Origin: Octopus vulgaris
Taxonomy: Eukaryota
Length of the DNA: 64,000 nucleotides
Assembly: GCA_951406725.2 (NCBI GenBank)
Contig: OX597831.1
Span: 9,238,001 to 9,302,000, forward strand
Direction of reading: 5' to 3'
Shown: positions 40,161 through 52,699 of the stretch, piece by piece
Layout of the letters: every line of letters begins with the position of its first letter
How positions within the stretch are numbered: position 1 is the stretch's first letter
The notes under the pieces: generated by a model
The model's database searches: none
Told to the model about the DNA's origin: nothing
Seen by the model: the letters and a program-made list of their open reading frames with translations, nothing else
Made by a program: the position numbers and the translations under genes

Positions 40161-41116
40161 GTATATGCTGACACATCACTACTTCATATGAATTACAAGT
40201 TACTGATCAAATGTTTTCCTCGAAATGATCCTGTAACAAGAGTCAGGCTGTCGATATACCGGAGTGCTTTTTGACATCAGGTGTGGATAAATATACAAAG
40301 GGCTCACTAACAAGAACTGACAGGGGAAGATTGAGGACTGATCACTGATTATTACCAAAATTTCTCCCCTAATTTGCTTTGATCTTAAGCATTTTCAGCA
40401 CTCTCATATGTAAAATGGACCGATTTCAAAAACTTTATTTTATACACAACCCTCAAAATATTGTTTGAAACGAAGAGAAAAAAACCCCCATTAAATACAA
40501 CTTTTAAGCAATATCTTATTCTTGTTTGTAGTTGTACAACTTTTTCTAAAGAATAAGAAGCTTCATGTATTAGTATAAGTCAAACCTATATTGTATCCAA
40601 CTTGCGTTGATCCAACACCAACTTCGTTAAATATAAATATTTTCGTAACTTTCATAATTCGATCAATTACACTAAGACCCTTGCGAATTCTTCTATGAAA
40701 TACATCCACTACTAAGGGAGATAATACCGAGAATTTTTTCACAAAATTTCATTATCTTATTGTTTGTATAGCAAGATACCTATTTCTCCTACAGCACTCA
40801 ACATGTCAGGAAATATTCCTAAAGATTATCGGAATCTTCCAAGGCATTTGGAGGTTAATTATGTTACTAACAGCTCATTAACTTCATAACGTTACATCCA
40901 CATAAAAAATAAAGTATGTATCATTCACCTGGAGCGCAATGCAGTATTTATAGATGAAATGTAAGTTCTAAATTCAAGAATTTGATATATTTCGTGTTGA
41001 AAAGAAAAGAAGAAATGAAATTTTTTATAAATCATTTTTGTATAAATTCTTTGAGGACACAAACATCTAGGTTTTCTCCTAGTAATCAAGTTTTCCATTT
41101 TCTCAAAGGAAATCTA

Positions 41117-41154
<38 letters not shown>

Positions 41155-41155
<1 letters not shown>

Positions 41156-41274
41156 TTTTTTTTTTCTTTTTTCAAATTTTCTTCCATTTCTTGCCGAGTG
41201 TCTTCCCGACTCCTAGGGCAAAGAAACTCATAGTGTATATTGGTAGGCCATTAAACCAAACTCAGTAGTTCGTT

Positions 41275-41305
<31 letters not shown>

Positions 41306-41527
41306 GTTAAATTAAAATGCATGAGCAGCAACAGTTCTCACATCGACAATGCTCTTCTCAATACGTGTGATGTACCAGTTAAGACAATCTTTTGCACTTC
41401 TTGCAGGGATGGTAAGCCAGGGATCATTCTCATATAATTTTCGGTTCCCTTCTTGATCATTCCTAGTGCTCCTACGATCACTGGTATTGTAACCGCCTTG
41501 AGATGCCACATTTTCTCAATTTCAATG

Positions 41528-41528
<1 letters not shown>
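41155..41528 (-). mobile_element. Dong/R4 LINE 3' end, family 1 (5'-truncated) in (TAA)n
   Basis: IEIEKMWHLKAVTIPVIVGALGMIKKG..VQKIVLTGTSHVLRRALSM* plus a 3' UTR, with (TTA)n on both sides. Confidence 0.9.
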
Positions 41529-41625
<97 letters not shown>

Positions 41626-41656
41626 AATTATTATTGTTATTATTATTATTATTATA

Positions 41657-41716
<60 letters not shown>

Positions 41717-41719
<3 letters not shown>

Positions 41720-42041
41720 TAGTTTTATTTTTATAGCGTGCTTTCACTTCACTACCGAGCGCAGCTCTGTGTGCCTTGGGTATGTGCTGTGATTTGTTGT
41801 GATGCTCTGATGGTTATTGTATGGAAAGTGTTCTGCGTAGGATGTGTGCAGTGCCTAGTAGTGCAATTTTCTGTATGTTGTATGTGTTTGTAAGTCCTGG
41901 TGTTTTTGTTATGTATTTGTCTGAATATTTTTTTATCATGCCTAATGCACCTACTATGATAGGAATTGTTTCTGTTTTCAGATTCCACATTCTGGTTATC
42001 TCCATTTCCAGGTCTTTGTATTTTGAAAGTTTCTCCATTTC

Positions 42042-42044
<3 letters not shown>
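41717..42044 (-). mobile_element. Dong/R4 LINE 3' end, family 2, copy a
   Basis: EKLSKYKDLEMEITRMWNLKTETIPIIVGALGMIKK..QKIALLGTAHILRRTLSIQ*, with (TTA)n on both sides. Confidence 0.92.
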
Positions 42045-42092
<48 letters not shown>

Positions 42093-42095
<3 letters not shown>

Positions 42096-42468
42096 TAGTT
42101 TTATTTTTATAGCGTGCTTTCACTTCACTACCGAGCGCAGCTCTGTGTGCCTTGGGTATGTGCTGTGATTTGTTGTGATGCTCTGATGGTTATTGTATGG
42201 AAAGTGTTCTGCGTAGGATGTGTGCAGTGCCTAGTAGTGCAATTTTCTGTATGTTATATGTATTTGTAAGTCCTGATGTTTTTGTTATGTATTTGTCTGA
42301 ATATTTTTTTATCATGCCTAATGCACCTACTATGATAGGAATTGTTTCTGTTTTTAGATTCCACATTCCGGTTATCTCCATTTCCAGGTCTTTGTATTTT
42401 GAGAGTTTCTCCATTTCTTTTAGAGACACGTTGTCATCTGCCGGTATTGATACATCAGTTAGAAAGCA
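42093..42468 (-). mobile_element. Dong/R4 LINE 3' end, family 2, copy b
   Basis: Nearly identical to copy a, and extends further 5' to CFLTDVSIPADDNVSLKEMEKLSKY (endonuclease D..P...K..KY region). Confidence 0.92.
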
Positions 42469-42499
42469 GAGTAGGCTGTTGATGAGCGGAATCCATGCG

Positions 42500-42740
42500 T
42501 GCCTTCAAGTCCATCCTTGATAAATCCTGTAATAGGCCTTGTCTGCGTTTTACCAAATATTCTGCCATGTTTCTCATTTCGCTGTTGATGCAGGTCCGTA
42601 CACCAATGAGCCACGTCCATCCATCCTCTCCATTTCAGGATCTGTTTTTGTGAACAGTTTTAAATCATTCATGAAGAGAAAGTGGTTGAGACGAGGTCCA
42701 TTCTTTCTCAGCCCATAGTGCGCGTTGACTTTGCGTAGAA

Positions 42741-42743
<3 letters not shown>
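42500..42743 (-). mobile_element. Deleted Dong/R4 RT fragment
   Basis: VLRKVNAHYGLRKNGPRLNHFLFMNDLKLF (degenerate FMDD motif) is joined directly to a GRG(L)IGVRTCINSEMRNMAEYL segment. Confidence 0.75.
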
Positions 42744-42819
<76 letters not shown>

Positions 42820-42900
42820 GTTGTTGTTGTTGTTGTTGTTATTACTATTACTATTCTTCTTCTTCTTCTTCTTCTTCTTCTTATTATTATTATTATTATA

Positions 42901-42942
<42 letters not shown>

Positions 42943-42981
42943 GTTGTTGTTGTTGTTGTTGTTGTTATTACTATTACTATT

Positions 42982-43012
<31 letters not shown>

Positions 43013-43027
43013 TTATTATTATTATTT

Positions 43028-43578
43028 GAGAGAGCAGTGCATGCCATCAAAGTGACACTGAGGTAAAATATACGAAGCCCAATATACCCATCATGACTAC
43101 CCGTCTGATAAGGGTACACCAGGCACATGCATCACAACCATATGTGCGCGACATGGTGATCTCATATCAAGATAAAAAGCGCATGACCTTCAGGTGGGGC
43201 CCAGTTAGAATTTTCTTCAGGTTGAGTAGCCCATCCCGCTCAAAAGGTCCCTGAATAAGGGTTGTTTAAGGATGTTGAAAGAACCACCCATGTTTCCAAA
43301 GGCGAATTATCTAAACCTCCAAGTATTCCTTTCAACACACAGCTATGATGCTCACCCACCACTTCTGCTCGTGATCAGAGATGCACATAACGTCAGCCAC
43401 TAAGGGACATGCTCAACTGGTTAAGGTCAAACAACTGACAAGCAAATCTGTGGTATTGAGCAGAATATTTGCTGTAGCCCATCTTTTATACCAAGACAAA
43501 ACAATGTACATGATAACACTTCCAATCAGTTAAGATCAGAAGTCACGAGAACCACTGCTTGGTACCGCATCAGGGCAT
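43028..43578 (-). mobile_element. 551-bp non-coding (TAA)n-flanked interspersed element
   Basis: Bounded by (TTA)n on both sides, and its terminal ~147 bp recurs at 43681-43827. It has no ORF and no clear tRNA B-box. Orientation is inferred from the shared end. Confidence 0.7.
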
Positions 43579-43599
43579 TTATTATTATTATTATTATTA

Positions 43600-43670
<71 letters not shown>

Positions 43671-43680
43671 GTTTATTATT

Positions 43681-43827
43681 GAGTGAAACACAAGTGAATG
43701 GCATCAAAATTACACTGGGGTAAAATATACGAAGCCCAGTATACCCATCATAATCATCCGTCTGATAATGGTACATCAGGCACATGCATTACAACCATAC
43801 CTGCGCGACATGGTGTTCTCATATCAA
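43681..43827 (-). mobile_element. Truncated second copy of the 551-bp element
   Basis: Aligns with 43028-43170 (GGTAAAATATACGAAGCCCA, CCGTCTGATAA, GCGCGACATGGTG..CTCATATCAA). Confidence 0.8.
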
Positions 43828-44690
43828 CGAGTCCCCTGGAAAATTCCTCTTTTAATATTAACTTTCCCTAAGAGTGTGTCACCTGAGTAGAGATCTACTT
43901 TCCATTTCTTCACGCTAAAACCAATTAATTCTCTAATATTGTCTGCTATACTGAATATACTCAGGCAATCACTGATCCATGAGTGTAGGATCATGTCATA
44001 AGCTTTCCTATAATCTATCGATGCTATTGTTAGATTTTCCTTTCTAGCTTTTACTTCATTTAGAACTGCTTTGTCTATATATAACAGATCATGCGTTCCC
44101 CCAGCCTTCGTCTAGAAACCTTTCTGTTCTTCTTGTAGTAAATTCTCGCTGTTACGATACTCGTAAATGCTTTCTCTTTCACTAAGTATCTTTTTTCAGT
44201 GGAAGATTTGCATCTTGTGTTTCCTAGTTTGTTCAGTTTCCAGGTTTCTATTCTACTCAGATCTTGTCTTAAAGTCTTCACATTATTTTGTAGTCACCTT
44301 TTCCACATTTGCTCTTTTAAAATCTTTCCGTGAGAGATATCTTCTGGTGACTACTACCCTTCCGTTATAGATCAGTAAATCAGTGTCTCCACTGGGTTAA
44401 TATCTATCCTACTGATAACAGAATCCACTTTTCTAGTCAATTCTATCAGCTTCTTTCTGTTGATGTCTTTTAATGCTGGCAATCTTTTTCTTACTTATTT
44501 ACTCATTACTTCCTGCAACTCATCTAAAATCTTCTGATCTTCCTCACTTAAACCACTTAAGTCGTTGGGGCCAGTTGTTCCTTTCTTATTGGCAGCGATA
44601 TTACTATTTTTTTGTTCCTTTAGGTTCTTCTTTGGTTCGAGCTGTACCTCTTATGTTGTTGTCTGTTTTGAGAAACTATGAAAAGAAATG
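43828..44690 (-). mobile_element. Dong/R4 LINE fragment (N-terminal region and RT domains 1-4)
   Basis: EEQKG..GTHDLLYIDKAVLNEVKARKENLTIASIDYRKAYDMILHSWISDCL..GKVNIKRGIFQG, preceded by LPALKDINRKKLIELTRKVDSV. Confidence 0.88.
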
Positions 44691-44995
44691 TTGTTAACAG
44701 GTGACCAATGTGTCTGAACTTTAGAGGAATGGTTTGCCAAATGCTGAGGCAGCAGGCGACGTTTGGTCAGAAATCTGGAAGAAAATGTTTCAGCATAATA
44801 TAATAACGGACTGTTTATGGACATTGAAGAGTGAAATAGAAAATAAGATCACGTGAATAAAATGTTTATTACAGGTGCGAAAGTGAACGAGATGCTGAAG
44901 AAAAATAACGAATTTGAAAGCCCCTGGAGTTGTTCAATCGATTTTAGCGTTTGGGTTTTCTCTACTTCAAATTCATAAAATACGTATTTATACCC

Positions 44996-45409
44996 TTACT
45001 CTTTTTTACTATTTTACTTGTTTCAGTCATTTGACTGCGGCCATGCCTGAGCACCGCCTTTAGTCGAGCAAATCGACCCCGGGACTTATTCTTTGTAAGC
45101 CCAGTACTTATTCTATCGGTCTCTTTTGCCGAACCGCTAAGTGACGGGGACGTAAACACACCAGCATCGGTTTTCAAGCAATGCTAGGGGTACAAACACA
45201 GACACACAAACATATACACACACTTATATATATATATACATATATACGACAGGCTTCTTTCAGTTTCCGTCTACCAAATCCACTCACAAGGCATTGGTCG
45301 GCCCGGGGCTATAGCAGAAGACACTTGCCCAAGATGCCACGCAGTGGGACTGAACCCGGAACCATGTGGTTGGTTAGCAAGCTACTTACCACACAGCCAC
45401 TCCTGCGCC
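44996..45409 (-). mobile_element. Family A tRNA-derived SINE, full length and young
   Basis: Head GGCGCAGGAGTGGCTGTGTGGTAAG..CCGGGTTCAGTCCC, CORE/V-like CTTGGGCAAGTG, a short internal TA/TG tract and an AAGAGTAA-type tail. Highly similar to 57681-58096. Confidence 0.95.
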
Positions 45410-47469
45410 TTGTTAATAATTCATTTTAGTTGATAATTCATTTTAGAATATTGACTACCTTCCTAGTTTTAAAAATATTTTGATTGTGCTTGGACAAATC
45501 AAGTATTTTAACTTACTTATTTTAGTTTTGTTTCTATTTCTGTTCTTTGTGATGGTTGTATGCCATGTGTTCCATTAAATTTCGAATACTTTTAATTTAT
45601 AAAGCATTCACGTTCAATGTTATGCATTCACCCGCAATTTTAATGTCTTACCCAATCCAATATTCGTCGATAACAACAACCATGACAACTGAGTTCCTGT
45701 GCATTTTAAAATCAAGCGTTTAACATTCATGAGTTTAAAGTAAAAAATAACGATAGTAACCTAAGCCAGTTGCCCCCATTTGCCAGCATAAAACAACTCG
45801 AAAAGTATTTGAGCAAACTCTCTTTCTCTCACTGAACAATCAACATATCCTTATATTCATTAACACCATATTCAAATATTTATGTAGAAGAATATGATTG
45901 TGTGAATGACCTCAATATATGCTTAAAGCAAATCTCAACCCCAGAAGTGTGATATCAAATTAAATCTAACAGGATATGAACTAAGAGTATAGGAGTTCAA
46001 AGCTAAATAATATTGTGTGATACTAAGAACAGAATGCTTCTATTTCTACCACTCTGCTGCTCTTCTCAGACTAAATAACAAAAAAAGAAAATATTTTGAA
46101 ATTAGCTAAATTTTCTCTTAAATCATTTATTCTCTTTTCAAATATTCAATTCGATTATATAAAACGTTTGAAATCGTGTCAAAGTTTTCTAATTTATAAA
46201 ATTAAATGTAACATTTTTCCAAGCGATTTCACTATTAAGGCATGCTGTTAGCATTATCTAAAACCTGTATTTCTCAGTGAAATCTTTCCGAAGCGAACCA
46301 GACTAAAATTATATAATTTACTGGAAGATTAGCATCTATCATGCAATTTAAACATCAGAGAAATTATATCTTCTCTAAGAAATTCTCTGATGTGAAAGGT
46401 TAAAGTAATCGTTCCTTTAATCTTAGTGTAAGCTTCACAGATGCGCTTAAATATTGGATTATTGATGAAAATAAAGTTGAAGTTCTTAAACGATTCCAGT
46501 GCCAAGGAGTTTATCAGTTCATATGATCATGTAGTATTAGTAATAAGTATTTTCAGATACACTTTACGCGTGATGTATTAGACATAAGTTCGTTAAAGTT
46601 GCAGCATATTCGAGGCATAGGTTATGCGCTGACCCACCGCTACAAAAGCAGTGGTTGCTGCATTGTACTGGGCCTCCTGCTACTTGGGAGGATTCTACCA
46701 AATGTGACTCCATATAGGTCATCGTTACAATATTATTCGCCCATAAACGATTTCCTCTCACATGAATCTGCTCACCTATTGAGGTCAGTAGAAAATTATG
46801 TTTTCTTTGAATTTTATATCTAGAGTAAGACCATCTTCAACTTATACTCTTTACACGGCATAAACAATACTCTATACTCTTTAGAAGGCGGCACAAAGAC
46901 GTTACGGAAAATAAAAAAATATTTATCAATATTATAATAATCTCAGATTTGACAGAAAAAAGAAATAGCAGCATAGGTGTGCATTCTTAAGTGTACTGTA
47001 CCTGAATTAAATGTCGAAGCTAATGACACAACCGTCCCAGTCGATGATACAATGAAATGTTTACACGTTTGTTAATAATTTAGTTTCCTTTCAACGTTTG
47101 CTAGCTCTGTTTCACGAAACAGAAATATATTTATTTAAAAATAAATTTAGTGACAACATATTTGAAATTCACACAGTTATAAACTCTGATATTTAAAGAA
47201 ACATCAAACTCAATTTTGTATATTGTAATAGATAAGCACAACCCAGGTCAACAAAGTGTTTCTCTTTTCGAGTCTATACATTGATTGTTAGTAACGAGTT
47301 TTATAGAAAGGAAAAACAAATCTCTGCTCTGATTGGGAATCGAGATAGCAAATATTATTGGTTTTGATAAACAATTTAATACCTATCGACTGGGGTCGAT
47401 TTGTTCGACTAAAAATGGTGTTCCAGCATGGCACCAGTCAACTGACTGACACATATAAAATAATAAAAG

Positions 47470-47525
<56 letters not shown>

Positions 47526-48439
47526 ATTTAAAAATATGTATCTCTGTTTTAATCATTAATCATTGTTAGTTTAATCATTATTCAGTGATTTTTCTCCCTC
47601 ACCGTTTTCCGTATTCCAGGTTGAAATATCTCTCAAAACGAAGTCTTTATATGAATTCCATTTTCTAAAACCTGTAGAATTGTTATTTTTCCGTATTAAT
47701 AACCTGCTTTTCTAATTTACCGTTGCGATTTTAATAGATTTATATTGTGATTAATTTTCAGATTTTTCATGACACCTCTTTCGAATCTGAATTAAATTTA
47801 TTTAATAATGATTTTTAATAAAAATTATAAAATATAAAATTTATAATAAAAATTCTAAAATATAAAATTATAAAACACAGTTTGAATTGCTGACTTGTCA
47901 AATGTTACTAGGTGAGGAATACTACTTTTTGGTTAATTTTGTATAATTGAAAATTTTTGGAAACATTTATAGACATGCTTTTGTGCAAATGCATTTATAC
48001 ATATAAAGAAATGGTAAAAGATAATCAACATTCATTTTTATTCTTTCTCATGCAGACATACTAACTAATAATCCCATTTTACGAAAGAAATATCTTCGCC
48101 GTCTTGAAGATATCCCGCTATGGCACCTGTGGATGTCTTTTGCCTCTTGCCTCTTATTTACAGGAGATTTGTGCTGTTCAAGTGTCTGCTCTACATGTGC
48201 TGGCACATTGATTTGATATATGGAAGAACGATTTTGTTTTAAGTTGTTTGCTTTGTAGGCCCCTTCTTGCGGACGGTTTTTGTCCCTCCCCCTCAATTTA
48301 TTGTCTCCATTGTAAAAACTCATTCTGTGCGACTTTTTCTGCATGAGGGACAGAAAACATAAACACCCAGCCGCTTCAGATGTTGAAAAGAACTTTTGTG
48401 TAACTGAATATCTCTTGCTTTTTTTTTTTTTTTTTAGTT

Positions 48440-48820
48440 TTTTTCACTCAATGGCCCACGGTCAAACTGGGGTACCATCTTGAAAACCTTTAGAGGAATA
48501 ATTCGACACCAGTACCTTATTTTTTAAAGTCTGGTACGTATTCCATCGGTCTCTTTTGCCGAACTGCTAATTTAAGGGTTGGAATACTACTGCTATCAAG
48601 CGGTGGCGGGTAAACATAGACACAAGGATGCGCGCACCGACACATACAGATACACACTGAAATATATACAACGGGCTTCTATACAATTTCCGATTAGCAA
48701 ATTCTCGCATGACACTGTTTGACCTGTACCTGCAATAGAAGACATTTGCCTAAGGTGCCGCGCAGTGGAACAGAACTCGAGATTTCACGGATGCAAAGCA
48801 AGCTTTTTAACCACACAATT
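48440..48820 (-). mobile_element. Degenerate family A SINE
   Basis: ATCGGTCTCTTTTGCCGAAC and AGAAGACATTTGCCTAAGGTGCCGCGCAGTGG segments occur in the expected order. Confidence 0.7.
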
Positions 48821-48921
48821 ATGGTTCAAGTAATTTCACTATGGCTGTTTACCGTCATAAAAGTACTGACAAGCATTGTTACAATCCCATCATTATCAGT
48901 ATATCTATATAAGTATTCGTG

Positions 48922-49140
48922 GTACTCCGTCGGATACGACGACGAGGGTTCCAGTTGATCCGATCAACCGAACATCCTGCTCGTGAAATTAACGTGTAAG
49001 TGGCTGAGTACTCCACGCTCACATGGGTACCCTTAACGTAGTTCTAGTTGAGATTCAGCGTGACACAGAGTGTGACGAGGCTGGCCCTTCGAAATGCAGG
49101 TACAACAGAAACAGAAAGAAAGAGTGAGAGAAAGTTGTGA
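48922..49140 (-). mobile_element. tRNA-derived SINE family C, 3' portion
   Basis: The reverse complement matches the 3' half of 58893-59218 (GTCACACTCTGTGTC..CTGAATCTC..GGAGTACTC.GCCACTT.CACGTTAATTTCACGAGCAG). Confidence 0.85.
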
Positions 49141-49240
49141 TGAGGGGAACAGTCGATTAGATCGACCCTGGTACTCAACTGGTACTTAATTTATCGACCC
49201 AGAAAGGATGAAATGCAAAGTCGACCTCGACGGAATTTGA
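49140..49240 (-). mobile_element. Family B SINE fragment
   Basis: ACTGGTACTTAATTTATCGACCCAGAAAGGATGAAATGCAAAGTCGACCTC. Confidence 0.8.
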
Positions 49241-50292
49241 AAAGTCATAATCAGAAAACATCGCACTTTACTCCTCTCTCAAGATTGTTGTCAGTTGTGA
49301 CGTTGCATGAATACAAAAAAAAATATGCTTTTGCTCCTTCAAGAATGTTCTTGGTGCTTCAATTCAAGAGTGTGTCTGAAGAGAAAGAAATTGCTATCTC
49401 ACGATTTGTTGGTTTATCTTTCATCACCAAAGTATTTCAATAGAACCTTCGAGCGTTTCTTCCCTTGGACTTCTGATAATAGCGTTTTAGTATATTTTGA
49501 AACTTCAGTATTCTGCTATTCTTTGGCAAAACAATTAGTCACAGACTGGCATAATAGTTTAGAATTACGAAAATCCATTAACGTTACTGACCTTTTAGCC
49601 GAGCGACGGAAATGGTTCTACAACTTATGAACAATATTTTCAACATTTTAATTCTAGTTTTGTAACGATAAATCAGTTTGACTGAGTCAAATGTAGCCAA
49701 GAAGAAAATTTGAAGAAATTATGTTCCTTCTGGCCATTTTCAATTATTGATAAGCACTCTTTTTGATTTTTTTTCCTCTATTTTACACTTACATTTTCAG
49801 AAATGTACGCAGACATTTTATTCATATCCTGACCTGAAATGTCTAAGTTGCGGTGATTTCCGATCTTTCATTGATATTGCTCTGAACCCAAGTAACTCAT
49901 GCTTCAACCCTGTTTCAAAATAAAAGCATCTCAGAAGTACTTGGAAACAGGTTCTATTTTGTGAAGAACCAGTTGCCACAGCAAGAGATAGATCACGCTC
50001 TTTTATATATTCCGCCTGTATTTATACTGCGAACGTTGCAAGACCGTATTCGCCGAGGGCTTTTGCTTAAGGTTTCCTGCACGAGGAATCTTGCACTGTA
50101 ATACTTGTCAGAATTTCTTTTACCTTTAAAATATCTATTGTTGATGATGTATGACACAGCGACGAAAGCGCTGGTTAAATAACAATAGGAATCGCTAACT
50201 TTATGTTTTTATTTGCAACAGTATGATGCAGCTGCGCTTTTCCTCTTGCAGAGACTTTCGACTCATAATGGTAAAATGCAAAATAAGAACAA

Positions 50293-50460
50293 GGTGCAGG
50301 ACTGGCTGTGTGTGTGGTAAGAAACTTGCTTCCCAACCTCATGGTTCCGAGTTCAGCCCCACTGTGTGGATCCTTGGGCAAGTGTGTTCTACTATCGCCT
50401 CGGGACCACCAAAATGTTGTGAGTAGATTTGGTAGCTGGAAACTGAAAGAATTCCGTCAT
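50293..50460 (+). mobile_element. Family A SINE head followed by (TA)n(TG)n
   Basis: GGTGCAGGACTGGCTGTG..CCGAGTTCAGCCC..CCTTGGGCAAGTG..GGAAACTGAAAGAA. Confidence 0.85.
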
Positions 50461-50463
50461 ATA

Positions 50464-50559
<96 letters not shown>

Positions 50560-51186
50560 GTGTGCATGGTGTATATGTGTGCGTGTGTGTGTGTAAAATG
50601 AAAGTTTGGTTTTGTGGTAATTTGAGGACTAGAACATATAGCTTAAAGGAACAAATATGAAGTGGGGACATAACGCAACTGCACCGTTTGTGGTTTTGTA
50701 AGTACAGTAGATACGAATATTGCGTTGGACAAAAAGCTTCTTTCGTTTCAGATATTTACGTTGTGAGGTCACACACCGCCAAGCTTCATATTACCCAGCA
50801 TTCACTTGGTTTATTAAATTAAACTAGCAATTACTTGGAGGCGAAATGTGTAGAAATGTGAAGTTGTTTGCTAATATTAGAAATCTATACGATAATTCAT
50901 TTCTCCCCAGGATATTAGGTATTGAAACATTATATTAAACATTGCACTCAAGGTCAGCTAACCTTATATTCGGCAAATTCCTGCATACACCCCTCACAAC
51001 ACACACTCTCATACGTATAACTGTAAATATAAAAATATATATACATGTATATATATATATCTACATATATATAAGAATACATATATGAATATACATATAT
51101 ATATATATACACAAATATATACGTAAATACATATATATATGTGTGTGCGTGTCTCTCTCTATATAAGTATATATATGTGTATATGA

Positions 51187-51219
<33 letters not shown>

Positions 51220-51276
51220 AACAAATATATATATATAAATATATATAAATACACACATAGAGATATGCATACGTGA

Positions 51277-51321
<45 letters not shown>

Positions 51322-51354
51322 GAGATATGCATATATGGATATATATATATAAAC

Positions 51355-51409
<55 letters not shown>

Positions 51410-52478
51410 GAGATATGCATATGTGTGTGTATATGCATCTCTGTGTGAGTGTGCCTGTGCGAGAGGATGTATGTATTAGACCTCCGCCCCCACCAAAGGT
51501 CACCTAAACACTCACTTTATCTTCTGCAAGCTGGTCTAAATAAATATATTAGAAATCAATATTCCTTAGGGTAGGTTAAATAAGGAAACAATAAATTACC
51601 ATATTCCCCAAAAGGTCATTTCACCAACACGACCATAGATTCAGGTAAACGTACCGTAAGTAAAATATAAGCAAAAACAAGATTAATCGACATTTTACGG
51701 TATCTTTCAGGCTGTCTTTGTATAACCAACCTAATCCTGAAAGAATTTATTTCTAGCAGAGGCACAGAATCTTAGGAGGGGGAAGAAAGAAAGACTAAAA
51801 GTGGATCTCTGTAGCTACTGCAGTTGTTGAATCGGTGGAGAACAGTTTGGCTCCTTATTTGTCTGATATTGGTTAGATAATATAAATATCTGAAATGAGG
51901 ACCCAATAAGTTTCGAAAATCTATCGAGGCCGTTCATTATTTCTTTGTTAATCTACGGAAAAATAGCTTAAATTGGCCATGTGTGTGTTTCTACTACGTG
52001 AGTATGCACACACAGACACAGACATACAGACAGACACACACACACACACACACACACACGCGCGTATATATGTGGTTATCAGTGAGGGATTATCAATCGA
52101 CCAGAATACTTTATAAGGTCTCTATTAGTACACCAGGCTGACAATATTGTTTAGATTAGTGAAGAACTCCGTGCAATGTTGTAGCAGTGTCCGAACGGGG
52201 AAATCTAAGTCTAAAGTAGAAAACGTTTTAGATGCGGTCATTGACTGAATAACTCGTTCCTGGAATTTAAATGGTCCCCGGGTCGAGCAAGTCTTTAAGG
52301 ATTTTTGCCCTCTCAGTCAAGCAAAGCTTATATCGTTTGCTCGCGCTTATATAACTCCACGAAACTTCCATTTAATTGCGAATGAGTTTCATTCATTTAA
52401 GCACCATACATAGCTGGTCAATGTCCTGATGCTGCGCCTTTCCGGTATCCTAAAAGAAGGGCTTATGGTTGTTCAGAT

Positions 52479-52638
52479 GTTTCTTAAACGGGGGCGCAGT
52501 TGAATCGACACATTTTTGTGTTTCTGTAATGGATGCCCTATCACAATCGATGCTTGCATCGTTAACGTTTGATGTCGTGGTTAGTTTTGCTGGAGTCGCT
52601 GCTGGCACCGATATTCAACTGCGCCCTGTTTAAGTAAC
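52479..52638. mobile_element. MITE-like element with ~25-bp terminal inverted repeats
   Basis: GTTTCTTAAACGGGGGCGCAGTTGAAT and ATTCAACTGCGCCCTGTTTAAGTAAC. Confidence 0.6.
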
Positions 52639-52663
52639 GTTTAAGCAAGTAGTATTTATAATA

Positions 52664-52699
<36 letters not shown>

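Noticed and set aside
41528-43680. CRISPR-like alternation of repeats and unique spacers
   Set aside because: The repeats are variable-length (TTA)n and the spacers are retroelement fragments. The context is eukaryotic and there are no cas genes.
46557-46790. Open frames on both strands in a GC-richer unique patch
   Set aside because: No recognisable protein and no compatible neighbouring exons.
48048-48344. 98-aa minus-strand ORF
   Set aside because: No recognisable domain; possibly a decayed LINE but unsupported.
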